Below the pieces are notes generated by a model. That model was given only the letters and a program-made list of their open reading frames with translations, searched no databases and had not been told where the DNA came from. DNA of 63,913 nt, filler included, from Octopus bimaculoides (Eukaryota): the NCBI RefSeq assembly GCF_001194135.2. It is 7 parts of 7 records of this genome, joined end to end, with 100 filler letters (N's around TTAATTAATTAA, not from the genome) between each part and the next. Parts side by side here need not be neighbours in the genome. Positions count along the whole stretch, not along the records: positions 33,961 to 37,170 come from NC_068984.1; positions 37,271 to 42,095 come from NC_069005.1; positions 42,196 to 60,940 come from NC_068982.1; 4 more parts are not named here. One strand, given 5' to 3'. The position numbers and the translations under genes were made by a program. Of the stretch, positions 36,020-49,660 are shown one piece after another. Position 1 is the first letter of the stretch, and each line of letters starts with the position of its first letter.

Positions 36020-36607
36020 TATTATATATATATATATNNNNNNNNNNNNNNNNNNNNNNNNNNNNNNNNNNNNNNNNNNNNNNNNNNNNNNNNNNNNNNN
36101 NNNNNNNNNNNNNNNNNNNNNNNNNNNNNNNNNNNNNNNNNNNNNNNNNNNNNNNNNNNNNNNNNNNNNNNNNNNNNNNNNNNNNNNNNNNNNNNNNNNN
36201 NNNNNNNNNNNNNNNNNNNNNNNNNNNNNNNNNNNNNNNNNNNNNNNNNNNNNNNNNNNNNNNNNNNNNNNNNNNNNNNNNNNNNNNNNNNNNNNNNNNN
36301 NNNNNNNNNNNNNNNNNNNNNNNNNNNNNNNNNNNNNNNNNNNNNNNNNNNNNNNNNNNNNNNNNNNNNNNNNNNNNNNNNNNNNNNNNNNNNNNNNNNN
36401 NNNNNNNNNNNNNNNNNNNNNNNNNNNNNNNNNNNNNNNNNNNNNNNNNNNNNNNNNNNNNNNNNNNNNNNNNNNNNNNNNNNNNNNNNNNNNNNNNNNN
36501 NNNNNNNNNNNNNNNNNNNNNNNNNNNNNNNNNNNNNNNNNNNNNNNNNNNNNNNNNNNNNNNNNNNNNNNNNNNNNNNNNNNNNNNNNNNNNNNNNNNN
36601 NNNNNNN

Positions 36608-36668
<61 letters not shown>

Positions 36669-37127
36669 GTGTGAGGTAGGGAGGATTATGTGTGTTCGTG
36701 TGTATATATATGCATATATTTATGTGTATGTGTGTGTGTATAAATATATGTATGTGTATGCATGTGTGCGTGTGTGTGTGCGTGCGTGTGTGTGTGTGCG
36801 CGCGCGCGTGTGTGTGTCGTCACATTGACGCAATGATTAAATGATGACTGATAACTGTAATTCAGGGATTGATTTCAACGGATTCATTTCATTTAACCTG
36901 ATCGTAATGGCCATCAAGATGGATTTCTGTGTGAAGCTGTGCTGAATAAAAACGTCTGTATTACTCTCTCTGACAACTCCCTCGATGTTTTCATTAAATA
37001 TTCACACTTTATAAGAAGAATAACGTATCTCCGGCAGATTCTTCTTAAATTCCACAATTAATTTCTCACCATTTCATTTTATCTCGGTATGTATATATTT
37101 CTCCTCTCCCCCCTCTCTCTCTCTCTC

Positions 37128-37170
<43 letters not shown>

Positions 37171-37270
37171 NNNNNNNNNNNNNNNNNNNNNNNNNNNNNN
37201 NNNNNNNNNNNNNNTTAATTAATTAANNNNNNNNNNNNNNNNNNNNNNNNNNNNNNNNNNNNNNNNNNNN

Positions 37271-37305
<35 letters not shown>

Positions 37306-37311
<6 letters not shown>

Positions 37312-37785
37312 GTGATGGGTAAAGTGTCACAATTTTATATTATCAATTTCGTGCATGTGAAATGCTTGCTTTTAATTTTGCCGACGACAAAGTATAGTAG
37401 GGTCAATTGGGCCTCGTGTATGAGAAGAACAGCACCACGATGCAATTCACTCCGCCAGAAATTTGGAAAATACATGCTGTACTGCTTCAATGCGAACATT
37501 TCTGAGTGTCTGGGTGCCAATGTGAAGACAATGGAATCTGATGACATGTACCGAGTCTGATAAAGATCAAACATGCAGTGAACATCGGGGTGTTAAGAGT
37601 GATAATTAGTAACGGTGACGTTATGCCTCCATTCATCTGCCCACAGGGCCTTAGACTCATTACGGAGGCTTACATCAAGTGCCTGATGAAGGTACTGCTG
37701 CACTGAATCAAGAGGATGGTTGTAAGACTATGTCTAACGGCAGGGCTCTGTACCATGACACACAAGCAGGAGAACCCATATATTG
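37306..37785 (+). mobile_element. maT/DD37D-like element fragment with internal deletion
   Basis: TIR-like TAGGGTGTGATGGGTAAA. Coding IKHAVNIGVLRVIISNGDVMPPFICPQGLRLITEAYIKCL...QGSVP*HTSRRT resembles maT VMVFGVV..EG.IMPP.IF..GL...QQDSAP.H.S. Confidence 0.7.
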
Positions 37786-38130
37786 CTGTTAGACAATTTG
37801 TGCAACCCGAGCTGGTGGAAACGTTAGCGTGCCAGGCGAAATGCAATTTCTTCTGTCTTTACGTTCTGAGTTCAAATTCCGCCGAGTTCGACTTTGCCTT
37901 TCATCCTTTCTGAGTCGATAACTTAAGTACCAGCTTCGTACTGGGGTTGATCTACTCGACTGCCACACCTACCCAACCAAACAAAAAAAAAATTCGCTCC
38001 TTGTGCCAAGAGTAGAACATATTCGATAGTATGCTTAGCGGCATTTCTTCCATCTTTATGTTCTAAGTTCAAATTGCACCCAAGTCTCCTTTGCCGTTCA
38101 TCATTTCGGTCTCGATCAAATAATTTCTAG
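37785..38130 (+). mobile_element. Two adjacent SINE family B copies
   Basis: GAGCTGGTGGAAACGTTAGCGTGCCAGGCGAAATGC...TTTACGTTCTGAGTTCAAATTCCGCCGAGTTCGACTTTGCCTTTCATCCTTTC, and a second, decayed copy from about 38010. Confidence 0.8.
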
Positions 38131-38693
38131 CTGAGCCCTGAGAACGTAACTTCACAAAACCTGCAGAATTTGAAGTCACTCTTTATAAAAAAATCTGCCG
38201 ATATTGGTGGGCTCTCAGGTAAGTCATAACCAATGCAACCCATTTCCGACTGTACTTGTTTCGGACAGTTGTTACCCGAGAACGAGCGTAATATTGCAAA
38301 CAGCGTTTTAAACCCATGTATATATGTATATAGATGTGTATTTGTGTGTGTTTATGGGAGTTTACATATGCCTTGTCGGACACACGGACAGAAATATAAT
38401 TACGTGGAGAGAAAAAAACATTGATTGGAGTGGATTGCTTCCTGTATATATAAACAGCGAAAAATGTATGTAAGTTTGTGAGAGTTCACTTGCGTTTAAG
38501 CGTTTGTATACGATCTATTATATACATTTATCAATACGTCTGCTTTATGCAACGTGATGAGTATGTGCGTGTTTGTTTCAAAGCGAGTTAGTGTATTTAG
38601 GAAGAAATATATGAAAATATCTGCATAAAGAGTGAGCCACATCAGCAAACTGAAATGGCATGCTGATTTCCATACCAACACACGTAAATATAC

Positions 38694-38726
<33 letters not shown>

Positions 38727-38875
38727 CATACACAAATACATATATACACGAATACATACATACAGGTATACATACATAAACAAGTATTTATTTTTGGTAA
38801 ATAGTCGTGTGGATGTATGCATGAAGCTACTTAACTCTGTAGACATGTGTGTGTGTGTGTGTGTGTGTAAGTACC

Positions 38876-38945
<70 letters not shown>

Positions 38946-39905
38946 GAGNNNNNNNNNNNNNNNNNNNNNNNNNNNNNNNNNNNNNNNNNNNNNNNNNNNN
39001 NNNNNNNNNNNNNNNNNNNNNNNNNNNNNNNNNNNNNNNNNNNNNNNNNNNNNNNNNNNNNNNNNNNNNNNNNNNNNNNNNNNNNNNNNNNNNNNNNNNN
39101 NNNNNNNNNNNNNNNNNNNNNNNNNNNNNNNNNNNNNNNNNNNNNNNNNNNNNNNNNNNNNNNNNNNNNNNNNNNNNNNNNNNNNNNNNNNNNNNNNNNN
39201 NNNNNNNNNNNNNNNNNNNNNNNNNNNNNNNNNNNNNNNNNNNNNNNNNNNNNNNNNNNNNNNNNNNNNNNNNNATATATGTAGAAAGAGAGATATGTTG
39301 AGTTTAATATGTGTGTGTTTGTATGTATGTGTGAGTGTGGATGTGTTTGTATGTATAAACGTGTTGTTATCTGGACAGGTATATAAACGTATATAGTGGG
39401 GAGGTCATATGAATCTTTATGAATAGAGACGACGTAATCGATGCTGGTATCATAGGCTGACCAGGAAAACCTGTTAGCCATCTCATCTGTCGGTAGTCAA
39501 TACACTTTATTCTCAAACCAAGCATATCAAATTCACAATGATTTCATCACTAGCATCACCCATTTAGCTCAACATTATGAATTTCATAGTTTCATCAATA
39601 CAGGATCTTAGCTTTCTTTTTCGTTTTTGCATTTTTGGGGGGTGGGGGGTGGTATATAATTTTTTCATAAGCGATGAGGCATTTGTTTTGCCCAAATGCA
39701 CATGCACATGCTCTATTTTTCTTTTCATTAGAGAGGTTTGCTGTATAATTGAGTCGCCCTTTCTAATAACTTTCTGGCAGTAGAAACACAAGTTGAAATA
39801 GAAACATAAAAAACAAGAAAAAAAAACAAAAAAAAAACATACTACGAGATACAAATATTCTAAACCTTCCTACAGTTACATACGTACACACTCAGATGTA
39901 CGCCC

Positions 39906-39944
<39 letters not shown>

Positions 39945-40021
39945 TAAATTCTTTTATTCTTTTAATACTACTACCACTATTACTACTACTACTGCTGCTG
40001 CTGATACAGCCGCTGCTGCTG

Positions 40022-40060
<39 letters not shown>

Positions 40061-40373
40061 ACTAATAATAATAATAATAATACGAAGAAGAAGAAGAAGA
40101 AGAAAAAGAAGAAGAAGAAGAAGAAGAAGAAGAAGAAGAAACAGAAGAAGAAGAAGAAGAAGAAGAAGAAGAAGAAGGCTAAAGGAGATTGGAATGGGCT
40201 CTCCTGTATTGCTTCTAATCTCAGAAGCCAGGAAGACCACCAAAAAGGTTTTAAGCACTTGATGGCTTAGGGAAAGGAATTGGAAACCTAAGGTTACAAG
40301 GAGTAAAACCACAATCCACATGAATTCTAGAAAGAATAAGATGAAGAACATATTAAGAATAATGATACTACTG

Positions 40374-40443
<70 letters not shown>

Positions 40444-41168
40444 TGAGGAGGAGGAGGAGGATGAGGAGGGGGGAGAAGAAGAAGAAGAATGGAAAAGGAA
40501 AACATTTTTAGATGTTTGCAAGAGAGAGTTTCAAAGGGTTTTGATTTTTATTTGCGTTTATCTGCGGCAAGCATAACCGAGTAAATGTTATATATTGATC
40601 AAATACAGATTTAAGACACGAATTATATGCAAATATGTAGTAATGTAAATATATAACACACATGCAAACACGGCGGTACATTATACACACACACACACAC
40701 ATAGATNNNNNNNNNNNNNNNNNNNNNNNNNNNNNNNNNNNNNNNNNNNNNNNNNNNNNNNNNNNNNNNNNNNNNNNNNNNNNNNNNNNNNNNNNNNNNN
40801 NNNNNNNNNNNNNNNNNNNNNNNNNNNNNNNNNNNNNNNNNNNNNNNNNNNNNNNNNNNNNNNNNNNNNNNNNNNNNNNNNNNNNNNNNNNNNNNNNNNN
40901 NNNNNNNNNNNNNNNNNNNNNNNNNNNNNNNNNNNNNNNNNNNNNNNNNNNNNNNNNNNNNNNNNNNNNNNNNNNNNNNNNNNNNNNNNNNNNNNNNNNN
41001 NNNNNNNNNNNNNNNNNNNNNNNNNNNNNNNNNNNNNNNNNNNNNNNNNNNNNNNNNNNNNNNNNNNNNNNNNNNNNNNNNTATATATATACATGAGTAT
41101 ACGCATGTTTGTATATGTATGTTTGTGTATGTGTGTGTAAGTATACATGTACACACGTATATATGTAC

Positions 41169-41207
<39 letters not shown>

Positions 41208-41271
41208 CATATATATACATGTAAATAAATAAATACATATATATATACACATGTATATGTGCATATATATG

Positions 41272-41346
<75 letters not shown>

Positions 41347-42025
41347 AATTGCTTTCTATATTACTGTATGCGTGTATTGAGATTGATTGAAAGACAGATG
41401 GATAGGTAGATAGAAAAGACGGTGTTTGTGGAGGGGGTGTAATACATTTTTTCCGATCAGAAAAAAAAATAGTACCTAAGAAAAAAAAATCGAATAATAA
41501 CATAAAGTGCAATGTATTTAAGGAAAGAATACGAAATGTATTTTTGAAATAAGAAATGTGTGTTTGACTTCTTTATTTGATTGTTTTGCGCGGAAAATGG
41601 GCTCACACATAAAAGGTGGATTGGATTGTTATGTGTGTGTGTGTGTTTGTGTGTGCGTGTGTGTTTTCCTTTGTATGCGTGTGTATAGATATATATTGAT
41701 ATATATATATATACACACCTACATATACATACATACCTTAACACATGATTGCATATATATATAAGATATATACATATATATATACATACATACATATGTA
41801 TATATGTGTACATATATATATACATACAAATGCACACACAAACACACACATATTGTATGTATTCGCTCATATACTTTTATTCTCTCTGTAGTGTGCCATT
41901 TCTGCAGGCGATGTTGGCAAAGTAAGACATGCATTTCTACAAATGACGGCCTTACGTTTAACTATTAGTTTGATAGATATTTCTGCATTACATACATACA
42001 TACATACCTACATGTATTTACATGT

Positions 42026-42095
<70 letters not shown>

Positions 42096-42220
42096 NNNNN
42101 NNNNNNNNNNNNNNNNNNNNNNNNNNNNNNNNNNNNNNNTTAATTAATTAANNNNNNNNNNNNNNNNNNNNNNNNNNNNNNNNNNNNNNNNNNNNATATA
42201 TATATATATATATATATATA

Positions 42221-42540
42221 AAACTTCCTTCGGTCATGAATAACCATGGGATTGCATTTGGAATATTCCCCTCTCAGGCACAAGTCTGAGCAAGGTTGTT
42301 TATGCAGTCGCTCATGCATACCAGCTTTCCCTCTCCACGCCACGGATATTATCCAAGGGATAGGCAGAGGCCGATACAGCTTGGCACCAGTGACGTCGCA
42401 ACTCATTTCTACAGCTGAGTGAACTGGAGCAACGTGAAATAAAGCATCTTGCTCAAGATCACAACACACAACCCGGTCTGGGAATCGAACTCACTACCTC
42501 AGGTTTGTGAATCCGACGCTCTAGTCACTGAGCCATGCGC
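42221..42540 (-). mobile_element. SINE family D (tRNA-like head), full length
   Basis: Reverse complement GCGCATGGCTCAGTGACTAGAGCG...GAGTTCGATTCCCAGACCGG has A/B-box-like motifs, then TTGAGCAAGATGCTTTATTTCACGTTGCTCCAGTTCACTCAGCTG. Head homolog at 61147-61270 (+). Confidence 0.85.
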
Positions 42541-42607
42541 TGGCAAAATCGTTAGCACACTAGACAAAATGCTTAACGGCATTTCGGCTATCATTATGTT
42601 CTGAGTT

Positions 42608-42645
<38 letters not shown>

Positions 42646-43460
42646 CTTGTGTGCATATGTATATAAACATTAATCAGCTTGTCATACTTATTGCATGTGC
42701 ATTGTAAAAGACTTGTAGCTGCGGTGTCAGGTCTGGGAGCGATCCCTTTAAAGACATATAAGGATAAAAAGCACAGTATATTTCGAAGCTAGGCGAAACG
42801 AAACCGATCTGGAAGCGAACGACAACGACAGATATCAATATTTCACAGTTTTTTCTGCTCATCAGAGATATTTTCATTGGAATCGATTGTTCCCAAGTTT
42901 AAATCATAATTCATTACTTCTTCAGTAGAAGAAAAAAGTAATAAATAATAACAACAACAACAATAATGATGCAAATACACACATACACACACACACACAC
43001 ACATATATATAAGCAAGCAAATAATTTTTTGAATGAAAGCCGGCAAAATTAAATTAAAAATATAATCAATAATATTATCAATAATTACTTTAATCTTTTA
43101 TGATATAGAGCAATTATCAATCAGATTAATTTATATGTCATACACCTCTACTCTTAGTTTCTCCCGTCAAACAAACTTTTAACAGCTAAAAAAAAAATGA
43201 AAAATGATAACCCTGGTTGTTTGACTCAGTAATTTTCTAGTGTATCTACTTTGACAACTGAATGGTTACAACTAATGGTTACTATGCAAAATAAAAAGAA
43301 AAGTTTTGTATTTGTTTTCCACAAGTTTGCTTCTTTAGTAAGTGATTTGTGTACGGCTCAATTGTTTCATTCACCACATAGTAGTTAAAGCAAGCTTTTT
43401 GCTATACAAAAAAACGAAGTCAGTTACACAGATACATAAAGAGGAAATATAATAGAAATA

Positions 43461-44583
43461 TTAGGTCATCCCATAAATAATGCGGTTTTTTCAACTGCAT
43501 GAACTAAAAGTCGGTGGGGTGGGATAAACTACCTGCATCAACTTGCTATAAAAGTAGGTAATAATTCTTAGTGCAAATTTTGAAGAGTGCAGTTCGATTT
43601 TGGCAGTTATTTTTTCAAAGCTATAATGGAAGTGACAAAGGAGCATATTCGGTATATTTTACTTTATGAGTTCAACAAAGGCAACAACGCAACGGAAAGT
43701 GCGAGGAATATTAATGCAGTATATGGGGGTCGGACAATAAACGTGAGCCAGTGTCAACGGTGGTTCCAGAAATTCCGAACCGGAAACTATAGCTTAGAAG
43801 ATGAGTCTCGTCTTGAAAGATCTGTAGAGCTCGATGAGGACGTCCTGCGAACCCTGGTAGAACAAAATCCCATCATAACTGTGAGGAACTAGCAGAGAAG
43901 CTTGGATTTGGTCATTCAACCATTCATCGACACCTATGTGCCATCGAAAAAGTCAGAAAATTGGGTCAATGGGTTCCTCACAAACTTTCCGAGTCTAATC
44001 GCGCGCAGAGAGAGAATGTGTGCTCTTTGCTGTCATGTCTCACGAATGAATCTTTTTTAAGGTGTTGCTATCTGTTTGGTGGGATAATAAAAGTTTAGTC
44101 CATTTTGAACTGTTAAACTCAAGCCAAACGATAACAAAAGGAGATCTACTGCTAGCAACTTGAGCGGCCCAAGTCAGTACTGGAAGAAAAACGACTGTCT
44201 TTGGTTTCAATACGAAAGGTGTTCTACCAGGATAACGCTCGGCCACATACAGTGAGGGTGACATTCCAAAGGCTGGAACAGTTTGATTGGGAAACGATGC
44301 TCCACCCACCATGTTCGCCGGATATTGCCCCATCTAATTATCATTTATTTTGACGGAAGAAATATGAATTCTGTAGACGAGGTTTGAACAGTACCGGAGG
44401 AGTTTTTTCGTCACGAACAAGAGAATTTTGGAAGAAGAGGCCTTGTAAGTCTACCAGATAGATGAAAGAGCATTGTAGAAAATGAAGGAGAATATATTTT
44501 AGGTTAAAAAAGAACTTTGTTTATCTTAATTTTGAAAAATAAAAGAAGTATTTTAAAAATGCATTATTTATGGGATGACCCAA
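43461..44583 (+). mobile_element. mariner DNA transposon, both TIRs, internally deleted pseudogene
   Basis: TA|TTAGGTCATCCCATAAATAATGC ... GCATTATTTATGGGATGACCCAA|TA. Coding MEVTKEHIRYILLYEFNKG (ATG 43626), KLGQWVPHKL, FYQDNARPHT, PPCSPDIAPSNYHLF. Confidence 0.95.
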
Positions 44584-45009
44584 TATATTCGCACACATAT
44601 AAACATGGTGGCACAATTTTATTTTGAAGTTAGATGACTATAATATTTAATCTCGCAAAAATACATTAAAATAAACGCCAAAAATATTTTTAAAAATTAG
44701 TCATTATTCTGGGGCCATGCTGGAGATCCGGTTTTAAAAGTTTTAGTCAACCCGAATTTATCGTTTTTGACTTGCAAAAACCTTCCTTAAATCCTACGCT
44801 TACCGCAATGAAAACAGGAAAACACATTAAAAAAATGTAGTTCTAAATGTACAATAAACAAAATAGTCACTAGTGGAACGCCTTCGATTTGAGCTGATTT
44901 GAGACAGCAAAAAGCTGTTGGGAATAAATGAGCGAACGTAGAGGACGGAAACAAAACAAAAACGGTACACGACGACAGCAGTTGGTACATATAAAAATAT
45001 GACACTGCA

Positions 45010-45063
45010 TAGAACATGAGACTCTTAATCTGGTTTTCGTGGGTTCGACTCCGACATCGGGTG
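45010..45063 (+). pseudogene. tRNA-Lys(CTT)-like fragment lacking the 5' acceptor/D-arm
   Basis: TAGAACATGAGACTCTTAATCT..TCGTGGGTTCGACTCCGACATCGGGTG resembles eukaryotic tRNA-Lys CTT (TAGAGCATGAGACTCTTAATCTCAGGGTCGTGGGTTCGAGCCCCACGTTGGGCG). Confidence 0.6.
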
Positions 45064-45321
45064 AATGATATATTTTATTTACTTGATCTATTGTATTACT
45101 TGAGTTATTTATTAGCGGTGCCCCAACAAGGCCACGACTCACAAGTTGAAACTAGTAAGAGTAAAAAAAATAAGAGTATTATATACATATAAACAAAAAT
45201 GAGCTATATGTATATATACATATATATAGAAAGAAAAAGAGAGGTATATGTATATATGTATTTTATTTAGATAGGGTTATAATCCAAGCCGTGTCCTCTT
45301 GAAGCACATCTGCTTATTACA

Positions 45322-45696
45322 GTTGTGTCACTCCGTCGGTTACGACGACTAGGGTTCCAGTTGATCCGTTCACCGGAACAGCCTGCTCGTGAAATTAACG
45401 TGCAAGTGGCTGGCACTTCACAGACACGTGTACCCTTAACGTAGTTCTCGGGAGATTCAGCGTGACACAGAATGTGACAAGGCTGGCTCTTTGAAATACA
45501 GGTACAACAGAAACAGGAAGTAAGAGTGAGAGAAAATTGTGGTGAAAGAGGTTCGCCACCACCCCCTGCCGGAACCTCGCGGAGTTTTAGGTGTTTTCGC
45601 TCAATAAACACTCACAACGCCCGGTCTGGGAATCGAAAACGTGATCCTATGACCGTGAGTCCGCTGCTCTAACCACTGGGCCATTGCGCCTCCACG
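45322..45696 (-). mobile_element. SINE family C, full length
   Basis: Reverse-complement head GTGGAGGCGCAATGGCCCAGTGGTTAGAGCAGCG...TTCGATTCCCAGACCGGGCG; collinear with 46793-47175. Confidence 0.9.
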
Positions 45697-46792
45697 CTTA
45701 TTTACAGTACTCCAAAATTGTATGTAGATGTTATAAGTGTGTGAGGAATGCATGAGAGTTGAAAAATACTGAAAGCTATTTTTTCCAGAGTAATTACATA
45801 TCAAAACAGGAGATTGGAAAAAGTTTTGGGTATTATTTACGCGCGCGCACACACAAGCACAGAGGCACACATACATACGTACGTACGTACCTACGTACCT
45901 ATATATATATATATATNNNNNNNNNNCTTGTGATAGACTTGAACTCAACAAGTAGGAAGATGAGGCGCAAAGCTTCAAAATTTTGAGTCCGACTCTCTAC
46001 CGTTCAAATAATTAGCAGAGAATTTGGCTCTGAGTCAGAAGAATCTGTTGCCGTAGATTTCCTTCAGGTAAGACACATTCTTTTGACACATTCGTCACTG
46101 CCGAAATACTGATGCTACTCACGTACAGACACCTAGCTTTGTAGTAAGAGGTGTTCGGCTAATTACTGTGAGGTAGGAGGTTTAATTTTCAAACCAGATG
46201 TTGACTTTCAGCAAGGTACTTCATTTTCACGTTATTTCAGGATACAATGTTAAACGTTTGTACCAGTAACATGGGATAGGGTGGGAGGGTTAATCCTGCG
46301 ATACACTGTCAGAGTGGGGAGTCTTGTGCTCCCAACTCAAACGCCTTGAAATTCAGAATAAGCTCCTGTTTTATGAACCTGTAGGGTTTATACTGACTTC
46401 AGCTATTGTTTCCAGCACTGAGTTGTACGTCCTTGAAGGGAACCTCTATATGGTCACTGGATGTGCTATGAATAGCAGTAAAATCGAACTCAAATCATCT
46501 ATGCCGTTTTACCATAAGAACTTATAATGTAGTTCTTGATACACATTCACTGAGAAGCAATAGGTTCGTCATGGTTGGAGCCTCTTTGATCATAAAATCT
46601 GTTTAGCCAGGGATAACCTTGAATGAAGCAATAACAACAACAATTATTTGTGATATTTAATTGGCGCAAGCTTTCCAATTCGACCAATCGAAGTATTTTT
46701 TTTTGCCCTAGTAACTTATAGAGACCCTTCCCACAATCCTCAGCAAACAAGGAGTCTCCTCTGTGGTCGATCAATCTACTAAAAGTAGCTTT

Positions 46793-47175
46793 TTGTTGGC
46801 ACTCCGTCGCTTACGACGTCGAGAGATCCAGTTGATCCAATCAACGGAACAGCCTGCTCGTGAAATTTAGGTGCAAGTGGCTGAGCACTCCACAGACACG
46901 TGTACCCTTAACGTAGTTCTCGGGGATATTCAGCATGACACGGTGTGACAAGGCTGGCCCTTTGAAATACAGGCACAACAGAAACAAGAAGTAAGAGTGA
47001 GAGAAAGTTGTGGTGAAAGAGTACAGCAGGGTTTGCCACCAATCCCTGCCGGAGCCTCGTGGAGCTTTAGGTGTTTTCGCTCAATAAACACTCACAAGGC
47101 CCTGTCTGAGAATCGAAACCGCGATCCTATGACCGCGAATCCGCTGCCCTAACCACTGGGCCATTGTGCCTCCAC
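46793..47175 (-). mobile_element. SINE family C, full length
   Basis: High-identity copy of 45322-45696. Confidence 0.9.
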
Positions 47176-47695
47176 TTAGCCAGAGATAACCTTGAATGAA
47201 ANNNNNNNNNNNNNNNNNNNNNNNNNNNNNNNNNNNNNNNNNNNNNNNNNNNNNNNNNNNNNNNNNNNNNNNNNNNNNNNNNNNNNNNNNNNNNNNNNNN
47301 NNNNNNNNNNNNNNNNNNNNNNNNNNNNNNNNNNNNNNNNNNNNNNNNNNNNNNNNNNNNNNNNNNNNNNNNNNNNNNNNNNNNNNNNNNNNNNNNNNNN
47401 NNNNNNNNNNNNNNNNNNNNNNNNNNNNNNNNNNNNNNNNNNNNNNNNNNNNNNNNNNNNNNNNNNNNNNNNNNNNNNNNNNNNNNNNNNNNNNNNNNNN
47501 NNNNNNNNNNNNNNNNNNNNNNNNNNNNNNNNNNNNNNNNNNNNNNNNNNNNNNNNNNNNNNNNNNNNNNNNNNNNNNNNNNNNNNNNNNNNNNNNNNNN
47601 NNNNNNNNNNNNNNNNNNNNNNNNNNNNNNNNNNNNNNNNNNNNNNNNNNNNNNNNNNNNCACTTTGTGTGTGGACGTGTATTTAAATGTGTGTG

Positions 47696-47749
<54 letters not shown>

Positions 47750-48129
47750 TTGCGCACGTGCACTCACGTTATTACCCTTGGCCTGCAGTTAAAACAAGCG
47801 TTATTTAGAATTTTAATGATGAGCGCTAAAACTGTAATAATATGGCAGCTAGTCTGCCGCACAAATGAAACATGCGTTATTCACGTGGGTAAATGTGAAG
47901 CAAGGCTCAAATATTGATAAAATACTGTAATGGCGCTTAAGTCTAATAATGGAAAAGCGCTGATAACAGCCATACTATTCTTATCTCTCGCTACACCCTA
48001 CCTCTCCCTTTTTTCTCTCTCTCTCCCTCCCTCCCTCACTCTATCTATCTATCTATCTATCTATCTATCAGAATCCGTCGATTAAATAAAAGAATTTCTT
48101 TTCTCGTTACAAACTATACACGATGGAAA

Positions 48130-48773
48130 CTTAATATGATGATAATGGTAATGGTGTTGGTAGTGGTGGTGGTAGTGGTGGTGGTGTTGATGGTGGTGAT
48201 GGTGATGGTGGTGTTGGTAGTGGTGACGGTGGCAGCGGCGTCCGTGTTTCATGATGGTTGTAATAGTTGTGGTAACAGTGATGGTGATGGTGATGGTGAT
48301 GGTGGTAGTGGTGGTGGTGGGAATGTTGGTGGTGGGAATGTTAGTGGTGGTGGCTGTGGTGGAGCTGGTCGTGGTCTTGATGGTGGTTATGTCTGTAGTA
48401 GTAATGTTGGTGGCGGTGGTCCTGATGGTTGTCGTGTTAGTGTTGATGGTGGTGATGGTAGTAGTGTTAGTGGTGGGCATGGCGGCGATTGTGGTGGTTG
48501 TGGTTACGTTTATGGTTTTGGAGAGTTGTGGTAATTCGCTGGGATTATAGGTGCACATGCACTCGTAGTAGCGGTGGTAATAGTAGTGGTGGTGATAGTA
48601 AAGACGACGACGACGATTATAATGATGATGATGATGGAGTTGGTAGTGGTGGCGGTTGTAGTAATGGTAGTGTTGGTGGTGATTGTCTATTTGTGATAGC
48701 AGTAAAGGAAGGCAATTGAAGATACCAACGCAATTAGAGAGAAATGTTGAAATCTTTGTGATGACGGATCGAG

Positions 48774-48816
<43 letters not shown>

Positions 48817-49041
48817 GAAGATGATGATAATGTTGTTATTGTTGATGTTGCTGTTGTTGCTGATGTTGTTGATGTGTATAGCCTTAAATCAACCCCACTG
48901 CGCAGACATAAGATCAAACACGTCTTCCATCTCTGACCATCCAGCCTTGTCCAATGTCTATTACTAAGAACGTAGGATGTGTTTTGAAGGAGATGTGACT
49001 GCTATTTGTAGTTAGTCGAGGAACCACTTAGAGTTGGCCTT

Positions 49042-49087
<46 letters not shown>

Positions 49088-49124
49088 CAGAGGCAGTAGC
49101 AGCGGCAACAGCAGCGGCAGCAGC

Positions 49125-49158
<34 letters not shown>

Positions 49159-49185
49159 GTAGCAGCAGCAGTAGTAGTAGTAGTT

Positions 49186-49224
<39 letters not shown>

Positions 49225-49508
49225 ATATTTATTTGTTTGTTATTTTTCATAGTCAGTGTCGACGTTAAGTTTAGCGATGATGGTGAGTTTAATGTTAACT
49301 GGAGATGATAGCAAGAGATGCAAGATTCTTGCGATGATAAAACAAAAATGGCGGCGGCGGTGGTGATGGTGAAGGTATTTATGGTGATAGTGGTGGTGGT
49401 GGTGGTGGTGGTGAAAGTTTAGCTGCTGTTATTTGTTGATGGTTGTCAGTTGTCAGTGGTTGCAATTGTTGGCACCCCAGTCTCGATGAAGTTATGGCGA
49501 GATAATGA

Positions 49509-49540
<32 letters not shown>

Positions 49541-49660
49541 ATGATGACGACGATGACGACGACGACGACGATGATGATGATTATGATGGTGTTGATGATG
49601 ATGATGGTGATGATGATGTTAATGATGATAGTAGTGATGATGGTGTTGAAGATAAGGTGG
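48130..49660. repeat. Compound GGT/GAT/GTT/GTA/GCA trinucleotide low-complexity block
   Basis: Successive degenerate and perfect trinucleotide runs. Confidence 0.9.

Noticed and set aside
39564-39800. Possible host exon (minus: KVIRKGDSIIQQTSLMKRKIEHVHVHLGK…)
   Set aside because: No recognisable domain and no partner exons; too weak to call.
48082-48558. Thr/His-rich or Gly-rich ORFs (mucin-like, His-rich)
   Set aside because: These come from degenerate GGT/GAT microsatellite; several frames are open and there is no splice or homology evidence.
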